64,000 nucleotides of DNA from Bradyrhizobium sp. (GCA_035644295.1 DASQOU010000328.1:5300-69299); one strand, 5' to 3'; positions 18,069-27,342 are shown, numbered from the stretch's first letter. A program made the numbers and translations. The notes: generated by a model not told the origin, from the sequence alone.

Positions 18069-18902
18069 TCAGTCGAAGCTGAAACCGTGTGAACGCAGAT
18101 AAGGCGGAAACGCCGCGCCCTCCGCCTTGGCGGCCTGTCGCGCCTTGTCTTCCGACCAGCCGTAAAAGGTCGCCTCGCCAAATTCCGCGTTGGACCGTTG
18201 CTGCTCGCGCGGAATAGCGTGCAGGGAATCCCGCCGGCGGTCGTAATCATCGATGGCGCCAGCAAGCTCGCTGTCATCGTAGCGGTCGCGGTGGGTCGTG
18301 ACGCGGCGCGGCAGGCGCAGGCTGACGTAACCCTCCCCTTGCGGATAGCCGAGGCAAAGTCCTGCGACCGGAAAAACCAGATCGGGCAAACCGAGAATCG
18401 CGGCAACCTTGTCGATCTCGTTGCGAATGACGGAGATGGGACAGACGCCGAGCCCGACGGATTCAGCGCACAGGATCATGGTCTGCATCGCAAGCGCAGC
18501 ATCCACGCTGGCGTTGAAGAAACCCTCCAGCGTTCCGTTCTTGACCGGTTTTCCACGCAATTCGCCGATGCGCTGCAGTCGTCTGGCATCGCCAAGAAAT
18601 ACGAAAAATGCCGGCGATAGTCCGATCCATGGCATGCTTGGGAAGAGCTTGCCGATCTCAGCACGCTGCGCGGGGTCGCTGACCCGCAGGATGGATGCCT
18701 GCTGGAAATCCGACTTGGCCGAAGTGCTCAAGGCCGCGGCGACAAGCAGATCAAGCAAGCTATCGCTGGGGATGACATCGCTGTAGCGGCGAACGGTTTT
18801 TCGGGAGAGAACGCGATTGATGAACTCATTCTCGGCGACTCCTTCGCCAGATGGACCGCCGTCGCCGAAGCGGCGTTCGATCGCGTCCGCGCCGGCCGAC
18901 AT
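18069..18902 (-). CDS. Nitroreductase / NADPH-flavin oxidoreductase (NfsA-like)
   Basis: RKTVRRY FMN motif, AESVGLGVCPIS.IRN, GLCLGYP, RLP. Confidence 0.9.
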   Translation of the reverse strand: MSAGADAIERRFGDGGPSGEGVAENEFINRVLSRKTVRRYSDVIPSDSLLDLLVAAALSTSAKSDFQQASILRVSDPAQRAEIGKLFPSMPWIGLSPAFFVFLGDARRLQRIGELRGKPVKNGTLEGFFNASVDAALAMQTMILCAESVGLGVCPISVIRNEIDKVAAILGLPDLVFPVAGLCLGYPQGEGYVSLRLPRRVTTHRDRYDDSELAGAIDDYDRRRDSLHAIPREQQRSNAEFGEATFYGWSEDKARQAAKAEGAAFPPYLRSHGFSFD

Positions 18903-19028
18903 CAGTTCGAATCCCGATCGGCCACGCGGTGCAGGCGGGCAGCCGCTGGCCAGTCTTCGACAAACATGGCCGGTTCTGGAAAAGTTGAGACGTCCATCGC
19001 CAACTCCACTGAAAGGTTCACGAACCCT

Positions 19029-19061
19029 GGAATTGGCATGGACCTGAGAGATGCCAATTCC
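19029..19061 (-). promoter_or_regulatory. 11-bp hairpin, likely riboswitch expression platform
   Basis: GGAATTGGCAT-N11-ATGCCAATTCC starting 13 nt after the aptamer; no U-tract. Confidence 0.6.
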
Positions 19062-19074
19062 TGGCCACTGAGGT

Positions 19075-19173
19075 CTCCGGGGATTTTATCCCGCCGTGCC
19101 CTGAGCAGATTTCTCCTGCGCAGGCGGCAGCCCTTGGACCAGCCATCGAATCCGATGCGGAACCCCAGCCACC
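19075..19173 (-). ncRNA. ykkC-yxkD (guanidine-I-like) riboswitch aptamer, variant
   Basis: Minus strand: GGTGGCTGGGGTTCCGC-ATCGGATTCGAT-GGCTGGTCCAAGGGCTGCC-GCCTGCGCAGgagaaatCTGCTCAGGGC-ACGGCGGGATAAAATCCCCGGAG. It matches the recalled consensus blocks UAGGGUUCCG / CUGGUCCGAGAG / ACACGGNGGGANAAAAGCCCGGGAG in order and spacing. Confidence 0.85.
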
Positions 19174-19192
19174 ACTCAATGCCAAGACGTGG

Positions 19193-19208
19193 AGCAAGGG
19201 ACATGCCA
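19193..19208 (-). promoter_or_regulatory. sigma54 promoter driving the riboswitch-nitroreductase operon
   Basis: TGGCATGTCCCTTGCT; predicted +1 near 19182, just before the aptamer. Confidence 0.8.
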
Positions 19209-19468
19209 GACGCGATGACCGACGCACCAGATGGCCCTGTCCGGACCCTCCTGGCTGCTGCTCAATCGCAATCGCTTGGCGCAGTGCCTAGGGATTGCGG
19301 GAGAAAATCCCTCCCCGCACCGCAACCAGCAGTCGCAAAATGCGAAGAGTGCTTCGTATTGCGGGGCGAGCCCGCGGTCTGCGCCCGCGTCGGTTTTCCG
19401 GCCTTGCCGCTTTTGAGGCACGGTGCACAGATTGTAAGCGCAGGATCGATGCCCCGCGGACCGCGCCT

Positions 19469-19954
19469 TCAAGGAGCCGGCGTCGTCGCCTTCTCGGCGG
19501 CGGAACTGGCAGCCACGAGGCGCTGCATCATCGCGATGAATCGCTTTTGCTCCGCTTTGCTCAGGTCCGCCACGGTGTCGCGGTGCGCGGCGCGCGCCGA
19601 CGCCTCCATCCGGCGCAGCAGGCTTGCGCCTGCTCTGGTCAGCCGGCAAATCTGCGCCCGGCGATCCCGGCGGTGAACGGTGCGCTCGATAAACTTGCGC
19701 GATTGCAGGCGCTTAAGCGCGCCGGTGGTCGTGGTGCGATCGAGGGCCACGTCAGCCGCAAGTGTGGTTTGATCGGCGGTTCCACGCCGGGCCAAAGCAG
19801 AAAGCAGACTATACTGCAGCGGGGTGACCTCGAAGGCTGCGCATTTCTTCTGGAAGAGCGCGACATGGATTTGATGCAGCCGCCGGATCAGAAATCCCGG
19901 CCTTTGCCCCAGCGGCCAGGAATTGTTGCTCTTGTGCACCGCGTTCTTGGCCAT
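19469..19954 (-). CDS. MarR family transcriptional regulator
   Basis: RPGFLIRRLHQI, TPLQY, DRTT..G..KRL, DRRA. Confidence 0.92.
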   Translation of the reverse strand: MAKNAVHKSNNSWPLGQRPGFLIRRLHQIHVALFQKKCAAFEVTPLQYSLLSALARRGTADQTTLAADVALDRTTTTGALKRLQSRKFIERTVHRRDRRAQICRLTRAGASLLRRMEASARAAHRDTVADLSKAEQKRFIAMMQRLVAASSAAEKATTPAP

Positions 19955-19979
19955 CTAACCACTCTTTCCTTGCCTAGGC

Positions 19980-20044
19980 TGCACGAATTTGGTGCAATCT
20001 ATGGCATGATAGTTGTTGTATGAAAATACGAAGCATACTTCGTA
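19980..20044. promoter_or_regulatory. NtrC-like box, imperfect sigma54 site and candidate MarR operator in the divergent intergenic region
   Basis: TGCACGAATTTGGTGCA (19980-19996); TGGCATGATAGTTGTT (20002-20017); TACGAAG-cata-CTTCGTA (20027-20044). Confidence 0.55.
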
Positions 20045-20084
20045 ATTCGCCGGCAAGCGCCGGCACCAAGATAGGAGAGCGGCC

Positions 20085-21362
20085 ATGTCCGTGAGCACCA
20101 CATTTGATCTGCTGCTGCGTGGGGGACGCGTTATCGATCCGGCCTCAGGCATCGATGGCTTGAAGGATGTCGCGATCCGCAATGGCAAAATTGCCGCCGT
20201 TCAATCCGATATTTTGCCGACAAGTGCGAGAGAGATTGTCGATGTGACGGACAAAATCGTACTGCCCGGACTGATCGATACCCATGCGCATGTTTATCAA
20301 TATGTGACCGGCCGCTTCGGCGTGAACGCCGATATGGTAGGTGTCCAATCCGGCGTCACGACGCTGGTCGATCAGGGCGGTCCGTCCTGCATGACGCTGC
20401 CGGGCTTCCGGCACTTCATCGCAGAGAAGGCCAAGTCGCGGACTTACGCCTTTCTCTCGGCCTATCTGGTGGGAGGCCTGGAAGGACACTACTATCCCAA
20501 TCTTTACAGCCCCGACGGCGTCGACATCGACGCCACCGTGAAGGCGGCGAAAGCCAACCGCGACATCGTTCGCGGCATCAAGGCCCATGCCGAGATCGGT
20601 GGTTTTGCGCGCTGGGGCATCCGCGTCATCCAGATGGCGGCCGAGATCGGGCGTCGCGCCGAGCTTCCGGTCTATGTGCATTTCGGACAACTGTGGGGTC
20701 TGCCAGAAAGCGGCACCAACGGTGAAGATGTCGATACGATTCTGGAGCGGGTAATCCCGGTGCTCCGCGCCGGCGATGTCCTGGCGCATCCGTTCACGCG
20801 CCATCCCGGCGGATTCGTTAATCGCGAGGGCGAAGTTCATCCCGTCATTCAGGCGGCGCTCGATAAGGGACTGAAGGTGGACGTCGGCCACGGCAGTCAC
20901 TTCTCCTACCGCCTTGCCCGCAAGGCGCTGGCCGCCGGCATCGTTCCGACGACGCTCGGAGCCGATATCCACGGCTACAACACCCATGTGCCGGCGCCAG
21001 CCGGGACCCCCGACCAGCATGCCGACGACGAGAACCATCCTTTCGCGAGCCAAGCCAAATTCAGCCTGGTGCAAGCGATGAGCTCGATGATGGCGCTGGG
21101 CCTGACGCTTGAGCAGGTGGTGCCCATGGTAACGTCGCACCCGGCTGAAATGCTCGGGCTTTCGGATGTCATTGGCGCGTTGCGGCCTGGCATGGATGCC
21201 GACGTCACGGTGCTGACGCAGATGCGCGGTCGCTACATTTTACGCGACAATGAGAAGACGGAAGTGGTTGCAGATAGTCTGTTGCAGCCCGCGTTCTGCT
21301 TGCGCGCAGGCGAGCGCCATGATGCTATTGCTCCGATCTTGCCGCGCGCGGTAGCCGCATAG
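20085..21362 (+). CDS. Amidohydrolase/deacetylase family (dihydroorotase-like)
   Basis: PGLIDTHAH, GVTTLVDQG, IKAH, DVGHG, GADIH. Confidence 0.9.
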   Translation: MSVSTTFDLLLRGGRVIDPASGIDGLKDVAIRNGKIAAVQSDILPTSAREIVDVTDKIVLPGLIDTHAHVYQYVTGRFGVNADMVGVQSGVTTLVDQGGPSCMTLPGFRHFIAEKAKSRTYAFLSAYLVGGLEGHYYPNLYSPDGVDIDATVKAAKANRDIVRGIKAHAEIGGFARWGIRVIQMAAEIGRRAELPVYVHFGQLWGLPESGTNGEDVDTILERVIPVLRAGDVLAHPFTRHPGGFVNREGEVHPVIQAALDKGLKVDVGHGSHFSYRLARKALAAGIVPTTLGADIHGYNTHVPAPAGTPDQHADDENHPFASQAKFSLVQAMSSMMALGLTLEQVVPMVTSHPAEMLGLSDVIGALRPGMDADVTVLTQMRGRYILRDNEKTEVVADSLLQPAFCLRAGERHDAIAPILPRAVAA

Positions 21363-21397
21363 CCGCCCATGGCGGGTGCGAGTGGAGACGGCAATTC

Positions 21398-23785
21398 ATG
21401 TCTCAGGTTGAAAGCCATCTCCCCCCGGACGGAGCCGCCGGCACCGCACAGGGGGTGGGCGCGCGTCTAAGGCGCAAGGAAGACGATCGCTTCATGCGCG
21501 GGCGCGGCCAATACGTGGCCGACATCCGGATCGCAGGCCTGCAGGATGTAGCCTTCGTTCGCAGCCCTTTGGCGCACGCCCGGATAAGGGACATCCATGT
21601 ACCGGAACGTTATCGCGATGTCGTCTTTACGGCCGCGGATTTGACGGGCATCAAACCGATCCGCGCCGTATCCGGCCTGCCCGGCTTCAAAATCTCGGAG
21701 CAACCTGTTCTTGCGACCGACAAAGTGCGCCACGTTGGAGAACTCGTCGCGATGTGCGTGGCGTCTACTCGGGCGGAGGCCGAGGATATCGCGGCCTCAG
21801 TGACGCTCGACCTCGAAGAGCTTCCGGCGGTCTACGATATGCTCGGAGCGCGCGACGCTGCAACGGCGCTGGTCCACGAGCACTGGGGCGACAACGTCTT
21901 CCTCGAAAGCGCGTTCGAGGTCGATATCACCCGTGCATTCGATGCGCCGATCAAGGTAATGCGCGAAATATCGACCGCGCGCCAATGCATGTCGCCATTG
22001 GAAGGGCGTGGTGTGGTCGCGACCTTCGACCATCGCCTCGACCAGCTCACGCTTTATGCCGGCGCGCAGATGCCGCACATTGTTCGCAATGGCCTGTCCG
22101 ATTGCCTTGGTATCGAGCAGGGCCGGATCCGAATCGTGTCGCCTGATATCGGCGGGGGATTTGGCCACAAGGGAATTCTGCTGCCCGAAGAGGTTTGCCT
22201 TGCCTGGTTGACGATGCGCAAAGGCTGCGCCGTCCGCTGGATCGAGGACCGCCGCGAGCATTTGACGGCGAGCGCCAATTGCCGCGAACACCACTACAAG
22301 ATCACGGTCTATGCCGATCGCGACGGCCGCCTGTGCGGGATCGACTGCGAAGCGACCGTCGATTCCGGGGCGTATTCATCTTATCCCTTTTCCGCCTGTC
22401 TCGAGGCGGCGCAAGTTGCAAGCATTCTGCCGGGCCCCTACCGAATGCCCGCCTATCGTTGCCGGACCTTCTCGGTCGCGACCAATAAATGTCCGATCCT
22501 GCCCTATCGCGGCGTTGCCCGCACCGGCGTCTGCTTTGCACTGGAGATCATGCTGGATGCCGTCGCAGCGGCGGCGGGGATCGAACCAGGCGAGGTGCGC
22601 TTACGCAACCTGGTGAGCCCGGACGAAATGCCGTTCGACAACATCACCAAGAAACATTTCGACAGCGGCGACTACCCGCAAGCCATGCGGCGCGCCCTTG
22701 CCGCAATCGATATCGCCTCTGTGAGGGCACGTCAGCGAACCAAAGAGGCCGATGGGCGGCTGATCGGCGTGGGTCTATCGATCTATTGCGAGCAGGCCGC
22801 ACACGGCACCTCGGTCTATGCCGGCTGGGGCATTCCGATGGTGCCCGGACACGAGCAGGCCAATGCGCGCATGACGCCCGACGGCGGGCTCGAAATCCGG
22901 GTGGGTGTGCATTCGCATGGTCAGGGCCTCGAGACCACGCTCGCGCAGATCGCCCATGAAATCCTCGGCATTGAGACCAGGAATGTGTGGGTCGTCCACG
23001 GCGATACTGCGCTCACGCCGTACTCGACGGGAACCTGGGGTTCGCGCTCGATGGTGATGGCCGGTGGCGCGGTTGCGACCGCCTGCACCGAGATCGGCGA
23101 ACGCGCCAAGCGAATTGGCGCCAAGCTGCTTCAGCTTGATCCGGCGATGGTGACGCTGCGGGACGGCCGGGTGTGCGGACCCAACAGCAGCATCGGGCTT
23201 TCCGAAATTGCGCATACCTGGTACCGCCGCCCGCAGGACTTGCCGCCCGATGTCGATCCCGGCGGGCTGGAATCGACCAGCGGTTACAAGCCGCGGCGCG
23301 ACAGCGGCACGTTCAGCTATGCAGCCCACGCGGTGACCGTTGCGGTCGACCCGGATTTGGGCGAGGTCGAGATCCTCGACTATGTCATCGTCGAGGATGG
23401 TGGCGTGCTGGTCAATCCGATGATCGTCGACGGCCAGATTTATGGCGGCCTTGCGCAGGGCATCGGCACCGCCCTCTACGAGGAAATGCCGTTCGACACC
23501 GCCGGCCAACCGCTCGCGACCACGCTAGCCGATTACTTGCTTCCGGGACCAGCCGAGGTTCCGGAGCCGCGCCTCGATCATATGGAAACGCCTTCGCCTT
23601 ATACGATGTTCGGCGTCAAGGGCATTGGCGAAGGTGGCGCGATCGCCCCGCCAGCCGCTATCGCCAACGCTGTGAACGACGCGCTGCGCCCGCTTGGGGC
23701 TGAGCTGTTGCACTCGCCGATTTCGCCGCGCCGAATTGTCGAGGCCATCCTGGCGGCGCGCGACGCGGAAAGACCGGCCGCATGA
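21398..23785 (+). CDS. Xanthine dehydrogenase-family molybdopterin subunit (CoxL-like, not CO dehydrogenase)
   Basis: RKEDDRFMRGRG, GGGFGHK, PYRGVAR loop, HGQGLET, GVKGIGEGG. Confidence 0.93.
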   Translation: MSQVESHLPPDGAAGTAQGVGARLRRKEDDRFMRGRGQYVADIRIAGLQDVAFVRSPLAHARIRDIHVPERYRDVVFTAADLTGIKPIRAVSGLPGFKISEQPVLATDKVRHVGELVAMCVASTRAEAEDIAASVTLDLEELPAVYDMLGARDAATALVHEHWGDNVFLESAFEVDITRAFDAPIKVMREISTARQCMSPLEGRGVVATFDHRLDQLTLYAGAQMPHIVRNGLSDCLGIEQGRIRIVSPDIGGGFGHKGILLPEEVCLAWLTMRKGCAVRWIEDRREHLTASANCREHHYKITVYADRDGRLCGIDCEATVDSGAYSSYPFSACLEAAQVASILPGPYRMPAYRCRTFSVATNKCPILPYRGVARTGVCFALEIMLDAVAAAAGIEPGEVRLRNLVSPDEMPFDNITKKHFDSGDYPQAMRRALAAIDIASVRARQRTKEADGRLIGVGLSIYCEQAAHGTSVYAGWGIPMVPGHEQANARMTPDGGLEIRVGVHSHGQGLETTLAQIAHEILGIETRNVWVVHGDTALTPYSTGTWGSRSMVMAGGAVATACTEIGERAKRIGAKLLQLDPAMVTLRDGRVCGPNSSIGLSEIAHTWYRRPQDLPPDVDPGGLESTSGYKPRRDSGTFSYAAHAVTVAVDPDLGEVEILDYVIVEDGGVLVNPMIVDGQIYGGLAQGIGTALYEEMPFDTAGQPLATTLADYLLPGPAEVPEPRLDHMETPSPYTMFGVKGIGEGGAIAPPAAIANAVNDALRPLGAELLHSPISPRRIVEAILAARDAERPAA

Positions 23786-24621
23786 AGGCGGCAGCGTTCG
23801 CCTACGAACGTCCCACCGATTTGAGCGCCGCGCTCGCCCTGGTGGCCAGGGCGGACGGTACCGCCAAAATCATTGCGGGCGGACAGTCGCTGGGGCCGAT
23901 GCTCAACCTGCGGCTGGTTGAACCGGACCTCGTCATCGACATATCCGGGCTTTCGGAACTGAAATTTGCCGAACGCCGGGGTAACGAGCTCGTCATTGGC
24001 GCCTGCGTCACGCATGGCGACATCGAGGATGGCCGAATACCCGATGTGACGCGCGGCGCCATGCAGCGGGTTGCCAGCGCCATCGCCTACCGGGCCGTCC
24101 GCAACCGTGGCACGATCGGAGGATCCCTCAGTCACGCAGATCCCGCCGCGGACTGGATATCCGCCCTTTCGGCGTTGGGCGCAAAGGTCAGCTTGCGTAG
24201 CGTTGCCGGAGCCCGCGACCTGCTCATCGAGGAGTTCATTACCGGCGCACTTGAATCCGCGCTGCACCCCGGCGAAATCCTCGAAGCGGTCCGCGTGCCT
24301 GTCATGACGCCGTCGGCGCGGTGGGGCTACGTCAAGGCCTGCCGCAAGAGTGGTGAGTTCGCCCACGCCATGGCGGCGGTCCTGATCGATCCGGAACAGG
24401 CGACCGCTCGCGCGGTCATCGGCGCCCTCGACGCCGCTCCAATCGTTCTCCGTGATGCGGCGGAACTATTCGGCGGGCGGATAACGGGGGACTTCAAGCA
24501 ACAATTCGATGCGCGGGTGGCCGACGCCATCCTGACCAAAGCAGGCGTGGCGAACGCTGCCGATCGGCACATGCATGTTACGGTGTTGCGCCGTGCGATC
24601 ACCGAGGCGGCGTCTGCATGA
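23782..24621 (+). CDS. FAD-binding subunit (CoxM-like)
   Basis: IAGGQSL.PMLNLRL, RNRGTIGGSLSHADPAAD. Confidence 0.93.
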   Translation: MKAAAFAYERPTDLSAALALVARADGTAKIIAGGQSLGPMLNLRLVEPDLVIDISGLSELKFAERRGNELVIGACVTHGDIEDGRIPDVTRGAMQRVASAIAYRAVRNRGTIGGSLSHADPAADWISALSALGAKVSLRSVAGARDLLIEEFITGALESALHPGEILEAVRVPVMTPSARWGYVKACRKSGEFAHAMAAVLIDPEQATARAVIGALDAAPIVLRDAAELFGGRITGDFKQQFDARVADAILTKAGVANAADRHMHVTVLRRAITEAASA

Positions 24622-25811
24622 CCACGATCGGACTCACCGTCAACGCACGTTCCGTCAAGGCTTCGGTGGAGCCCCGCACCCATTTGGCCGACTTCCTGCG
24701 GGACAATCTCGATCTGACGGGAACCCATCTTGGCTGCGAGCATGGTGTGTGCGGGGCCTGCACGCTATTGATCGACGACATGCCGGCGCGTTCCTGCATC
24801 ACCTATGCCGTCGCCTGCGACGGCGCACGCGTGACCACGATCGAAGGGCTCGATGACGATGAAATTGCCATCGAGCTTCGCGCGGCCTTTGCCCGCGAAC
24901 ATGCCCTGCAATGCGGCTACTGTACGCCGGGCATGCTGATATCGGCGCGTGACCTCGTGCTTCGCTTGGCGGAACCCGACGAGCGCAACGTCCGCGCCGG
25001 ACTGAGCGGAAATCTATGCCGCTGCACCGGATATGTCGGTATTGTGCGCGCGGTACGCGGGGTGATCGACCAAAGGCGCAAGCGCGGCGTGGCGCCGATC
25101 GCCGGTGGAGGTCGTCAGGGGCTCGGTCCCGCGGGGTCCGGCAACGCCACAAACGTTGCCACCGCCAACTTTGCGGGGCCAGTGACAAAGGCCAAAACAC
25201 CCGAAGAGGTCAGCGGCGCGAACGCCATCCCGGACTTTACCCCCGCAAAGCTTTTCAGCGACCATTTTATCGTGCCTTATCCGCCCAATCAGGTCTTCGA
25301 GATGCTGGGCAATGTCAGGCAGGTTGCGGCCTGCCTTCCCGGCGCATCGCTGACCGCCGAGCCGACACCCGAGCGCGTGGAGGGCACGATCCGCATCAAA
25401 CTCGGGCCGATTTCGGCCGACTTCCGCGGTGCAGCACGCATCGAGCGCGATCTTGAAAAATTATCCGGCCGGATCGTCGGAATGGGCCGTGACCAACGCA
25501 GCCGGTCTTCCACCCAGGGCGAAATCCGCTATCATCTCGTCGCGGTCGAACAGCGCGCGGCGACCCGGGTCGAGCTTTCGATCGGCTACAGCCTCAAGGG
25601 GATGCTGGCTCAGATCGCCCGTGACGGACTGGTGCGCGATCTTGCAGCCCGCCTGACGGCCGACTTTGCGCGTAACCTCGATCGGCATCTTTCGGGTCAT
25701 CGGCCGACTAGGGCTCAGGCGGGACAGGAAGACTTAGACGGTGTTTCGCTGCTGACCGGACTCTTGCGCCAGCGGGTGATGAAGGCCATTCGGCGACTGT
25801 TGGGGCGGTAA
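24618..25811 (+). CDS. 2Fe-2S subunit (CoxS-like) fused to a CoxG/SRPBCC domain
   Basis: GCEHGVCGACT, QCGYCTPG, NLCRC; C-terminal VAACLPGA..IKLGPI.A.F.G. Confidence 0.9.
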   Translation: MTTIGLTVNARSVKASVEPRTHLADFLRDNLDLTGTHLGCEHGVCGACTLLIDDMPARSCITYAVACDGARVTTIEGLDDDEIAIELRAAFAREHALQCGYCTPGMLISARDLVLRLAEPDERNVRAGLSGNLCRCTGYVGIVRAVRGVIDQRRKRGVAPIAGGGRQGLGPAGSGNATNVATANFAGPVTKAKTPEEVSGANAIPDFTPAKLFSDHFIVPYPPNQVFEMLGNVRQVAACLPGASLTAEPTPERVEGTIRIKLGPISADFRGAARIERDLEKLSGRIVGMGRDQRSRSSTQGEIRYHLVAVEQRAATRVELSIGYSLKGMLAQIARDGLVRDLAARLTADFARNLDRHLSGHRPTRAQAGQEDLDGVSLLTGLLRQRVMKAIRRLLGR

Positions 25812-25824
25812 AATCACGCCCGTT

Positions 25825-25840
25825 TGGTACGATTCTTGCT
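25825..25840 (+). promoter_or_regulatory. sigma54 promoter
   Basis: TGGTACGATTCTTGCT, 40 bp upstream of the NCS1 ATG. Confidence 0.75.
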
Positions 25841-25879
25841 CAATGCAAATGGGGAGTTTTCTTGGAAAGGGAGGGCGTC

Positions 25880-27298
25880 ATGACCAATTCCGAACTTCGA
25901 TCAGACATTCACAGTATCGAACCGATCCCTGATGCTGACCGTGACTCCACTGGTCTGCAGCAAATGTGGATCTGGGCCGGAGCGAACATCGCACCGGTCA
26001 ACTGGGCACTGGGCGCCCTCGGCATCATCCTCAAGCTCGGCCTGTGGGAGACCATCGCCGTCATCGTGATCGGCAACGTCTTCGGCTGCGCCATCTTCGC
26101 CGCGTTCACGGTGATGGGCCACAAGACCGGGGTCAATCAGATGGTGCTTAGCCGCTCCGCCTTCGGCCGCAGGGGCGCGTATCTGCCGAGCCTGCTGATG
26201 TTTCTGATGACGCTGGGCTGGATCGGGGTGAACACCTATTTCCCGGTCAAGATCTCGATGGCCATTCTCAGCCAGTTTGGAGTAGCGGAATCCCTGCTGA
26301 CGATCTTCACCGTCATCACGCTCGTGATGGTAGTGCAGGTCGTCATCGGAATCTACGGCTTCTATGCGATCCGCACGTTTGAGAAGTACACCGTGCCGGT
26401 GACGGTCGTCATCATGGTGCTGATGAGTGTTCTCGCCTGGAGTCAGCCGGGGGTCGTCAATTGGAATCTTACCAGCACCCTTCCGCCTAGCGCTCATGTG
26501 GCGATGCTGACGCTACTGATGTCCGCGATCGGGGTCGGCTGGGGAATTTCCTGGGTGACGTGGGCCTCGGACTATTCACGCTTCGTGCCGCGCAGCGTCT
26601 CTTCGACCTCGGTGTTCTGGTATAGCTATATCGGAATGTTCGTACCTTCGGTCTGGCTTGCTATCCTCGGCGCAACGATCTCCAGCGTTACGCTGGACAC
26701 CGATCCGGCCAAAATGGTCAGCGCGGTGTTCGGGGGTGTAGCAAGTATCCTGGTGCTGCTGATGGTGCTGCACGGACCGATCGCGACCAACATCCTCAAC
26801 GTCTATTCGGCGGCCCTGGCCGCGCTCAGCATGGGAGTCCGCCTGTCACGGACGGCGCTGGCGCTCATGGCCGGTGTCGTCGGCTACCTCGTCACCATCT
26901 ACTTCATCTTCGCGCCTTCGTTCGCCAAAGCGTTCGACAATTGGATGATCAGTCTATTGCTCTGGATGAGCCCGTGGGCAGGCGTAGTGCTGGCCGACTT
27001 CTTCATCAAGCGGAAGGGCCAGATCGATGTCGCCGAACTCTACAGTTCGCCGGAAACAAGCGCCTATGGCGACGTCAATTGGGGCGGCATCATCGCGTTT
27101 CTAGCGGGACTGGTCGCCGGCTGGTCGGTGCAGGACGGACTCGTTCCCGCGCTGCAGGGGCCGATCTCCGGACTTCTAGGTGGGGCTGACTTCAGCTGGT
27201 TGTTCGGGATCGTCGTTTCCGGCGTTGTGTATCTGGCTATTAGCGGGCGAACCGCGGCCGCCCCCTCGTTGGCCGCAACCGGAGCCGCAGGAAAATGA
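25880..27298 (+). CDS. NCS1 purine/cytosine permease
   Basis: IEPIP..R, WAGAN, SRSAFG, DYSRF; about 12 TM segments. Confidence 0.92.
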   Translation: MTNSELRSDIHSIEPIPDADRDSTGLQQMWIWAGANIAPVNWALGALGIILKLGLWETIAVIVIGNVFGCAIFAAFTVMGHKTGVNQMVLSRSAFGRRGAYLPSLLMFLMTLGWIGVNTYFPVKISMAILSQFGVAESLLTIFTVITLVMVVQVVIGIYGFYAIRTFEKYTVPVTVVIMVLMSVLAWSQPGVVNWNLTSTLPPSAHVAMLTLLMSAIGVGWGISWVTWASDYSRFVPRSVSSTSVFWYSYIGMFVPSVWLAILGATISSVTLDTDPAKMVSAVFGGVASILVLLMVLHGPIATNILNVYSAALAALSMGVRLSRTALALMAGVVGYLVTIYFIFAPSFAKAFDNWMISLLLWMSPWAGVVLADFFIKRKGQIDVAELYSSPETSAYGDVNWGGIIAFLAGLVAGWSVQDGLVPALQGPISGLLGGADFSWLFGIVVSGVVYLAISGRTAAAPSLAATGAAGK

Positions 27299-27304
27299 CG
27301 CGCG

Positions 27305-27342
27305 AGAATTCCCTTCGAAAGCTTCGCGCCCAGGGAATTTTC
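27305..27342 (+). terminator. Hairpin after the NCS1 gene
   Basis: GAGAATTCCCT...AGGGAATTTTC. Confidence 0.4.

Noticed and set aside
18902-19204. 100-aa ORF overlapping the nitroreductase start (TGATG)
   Set aside because: Its ATG lies inside the sigma54 promoter and it spans the riboswitch; no recognisable protein features.
21398-25811. Aerobic CO dehydrogenase (coxLMS)
   Set aside because: The active-site loop is PYRGVAR, lacking the Cu-binding Cys motif; no coxDEF genes.
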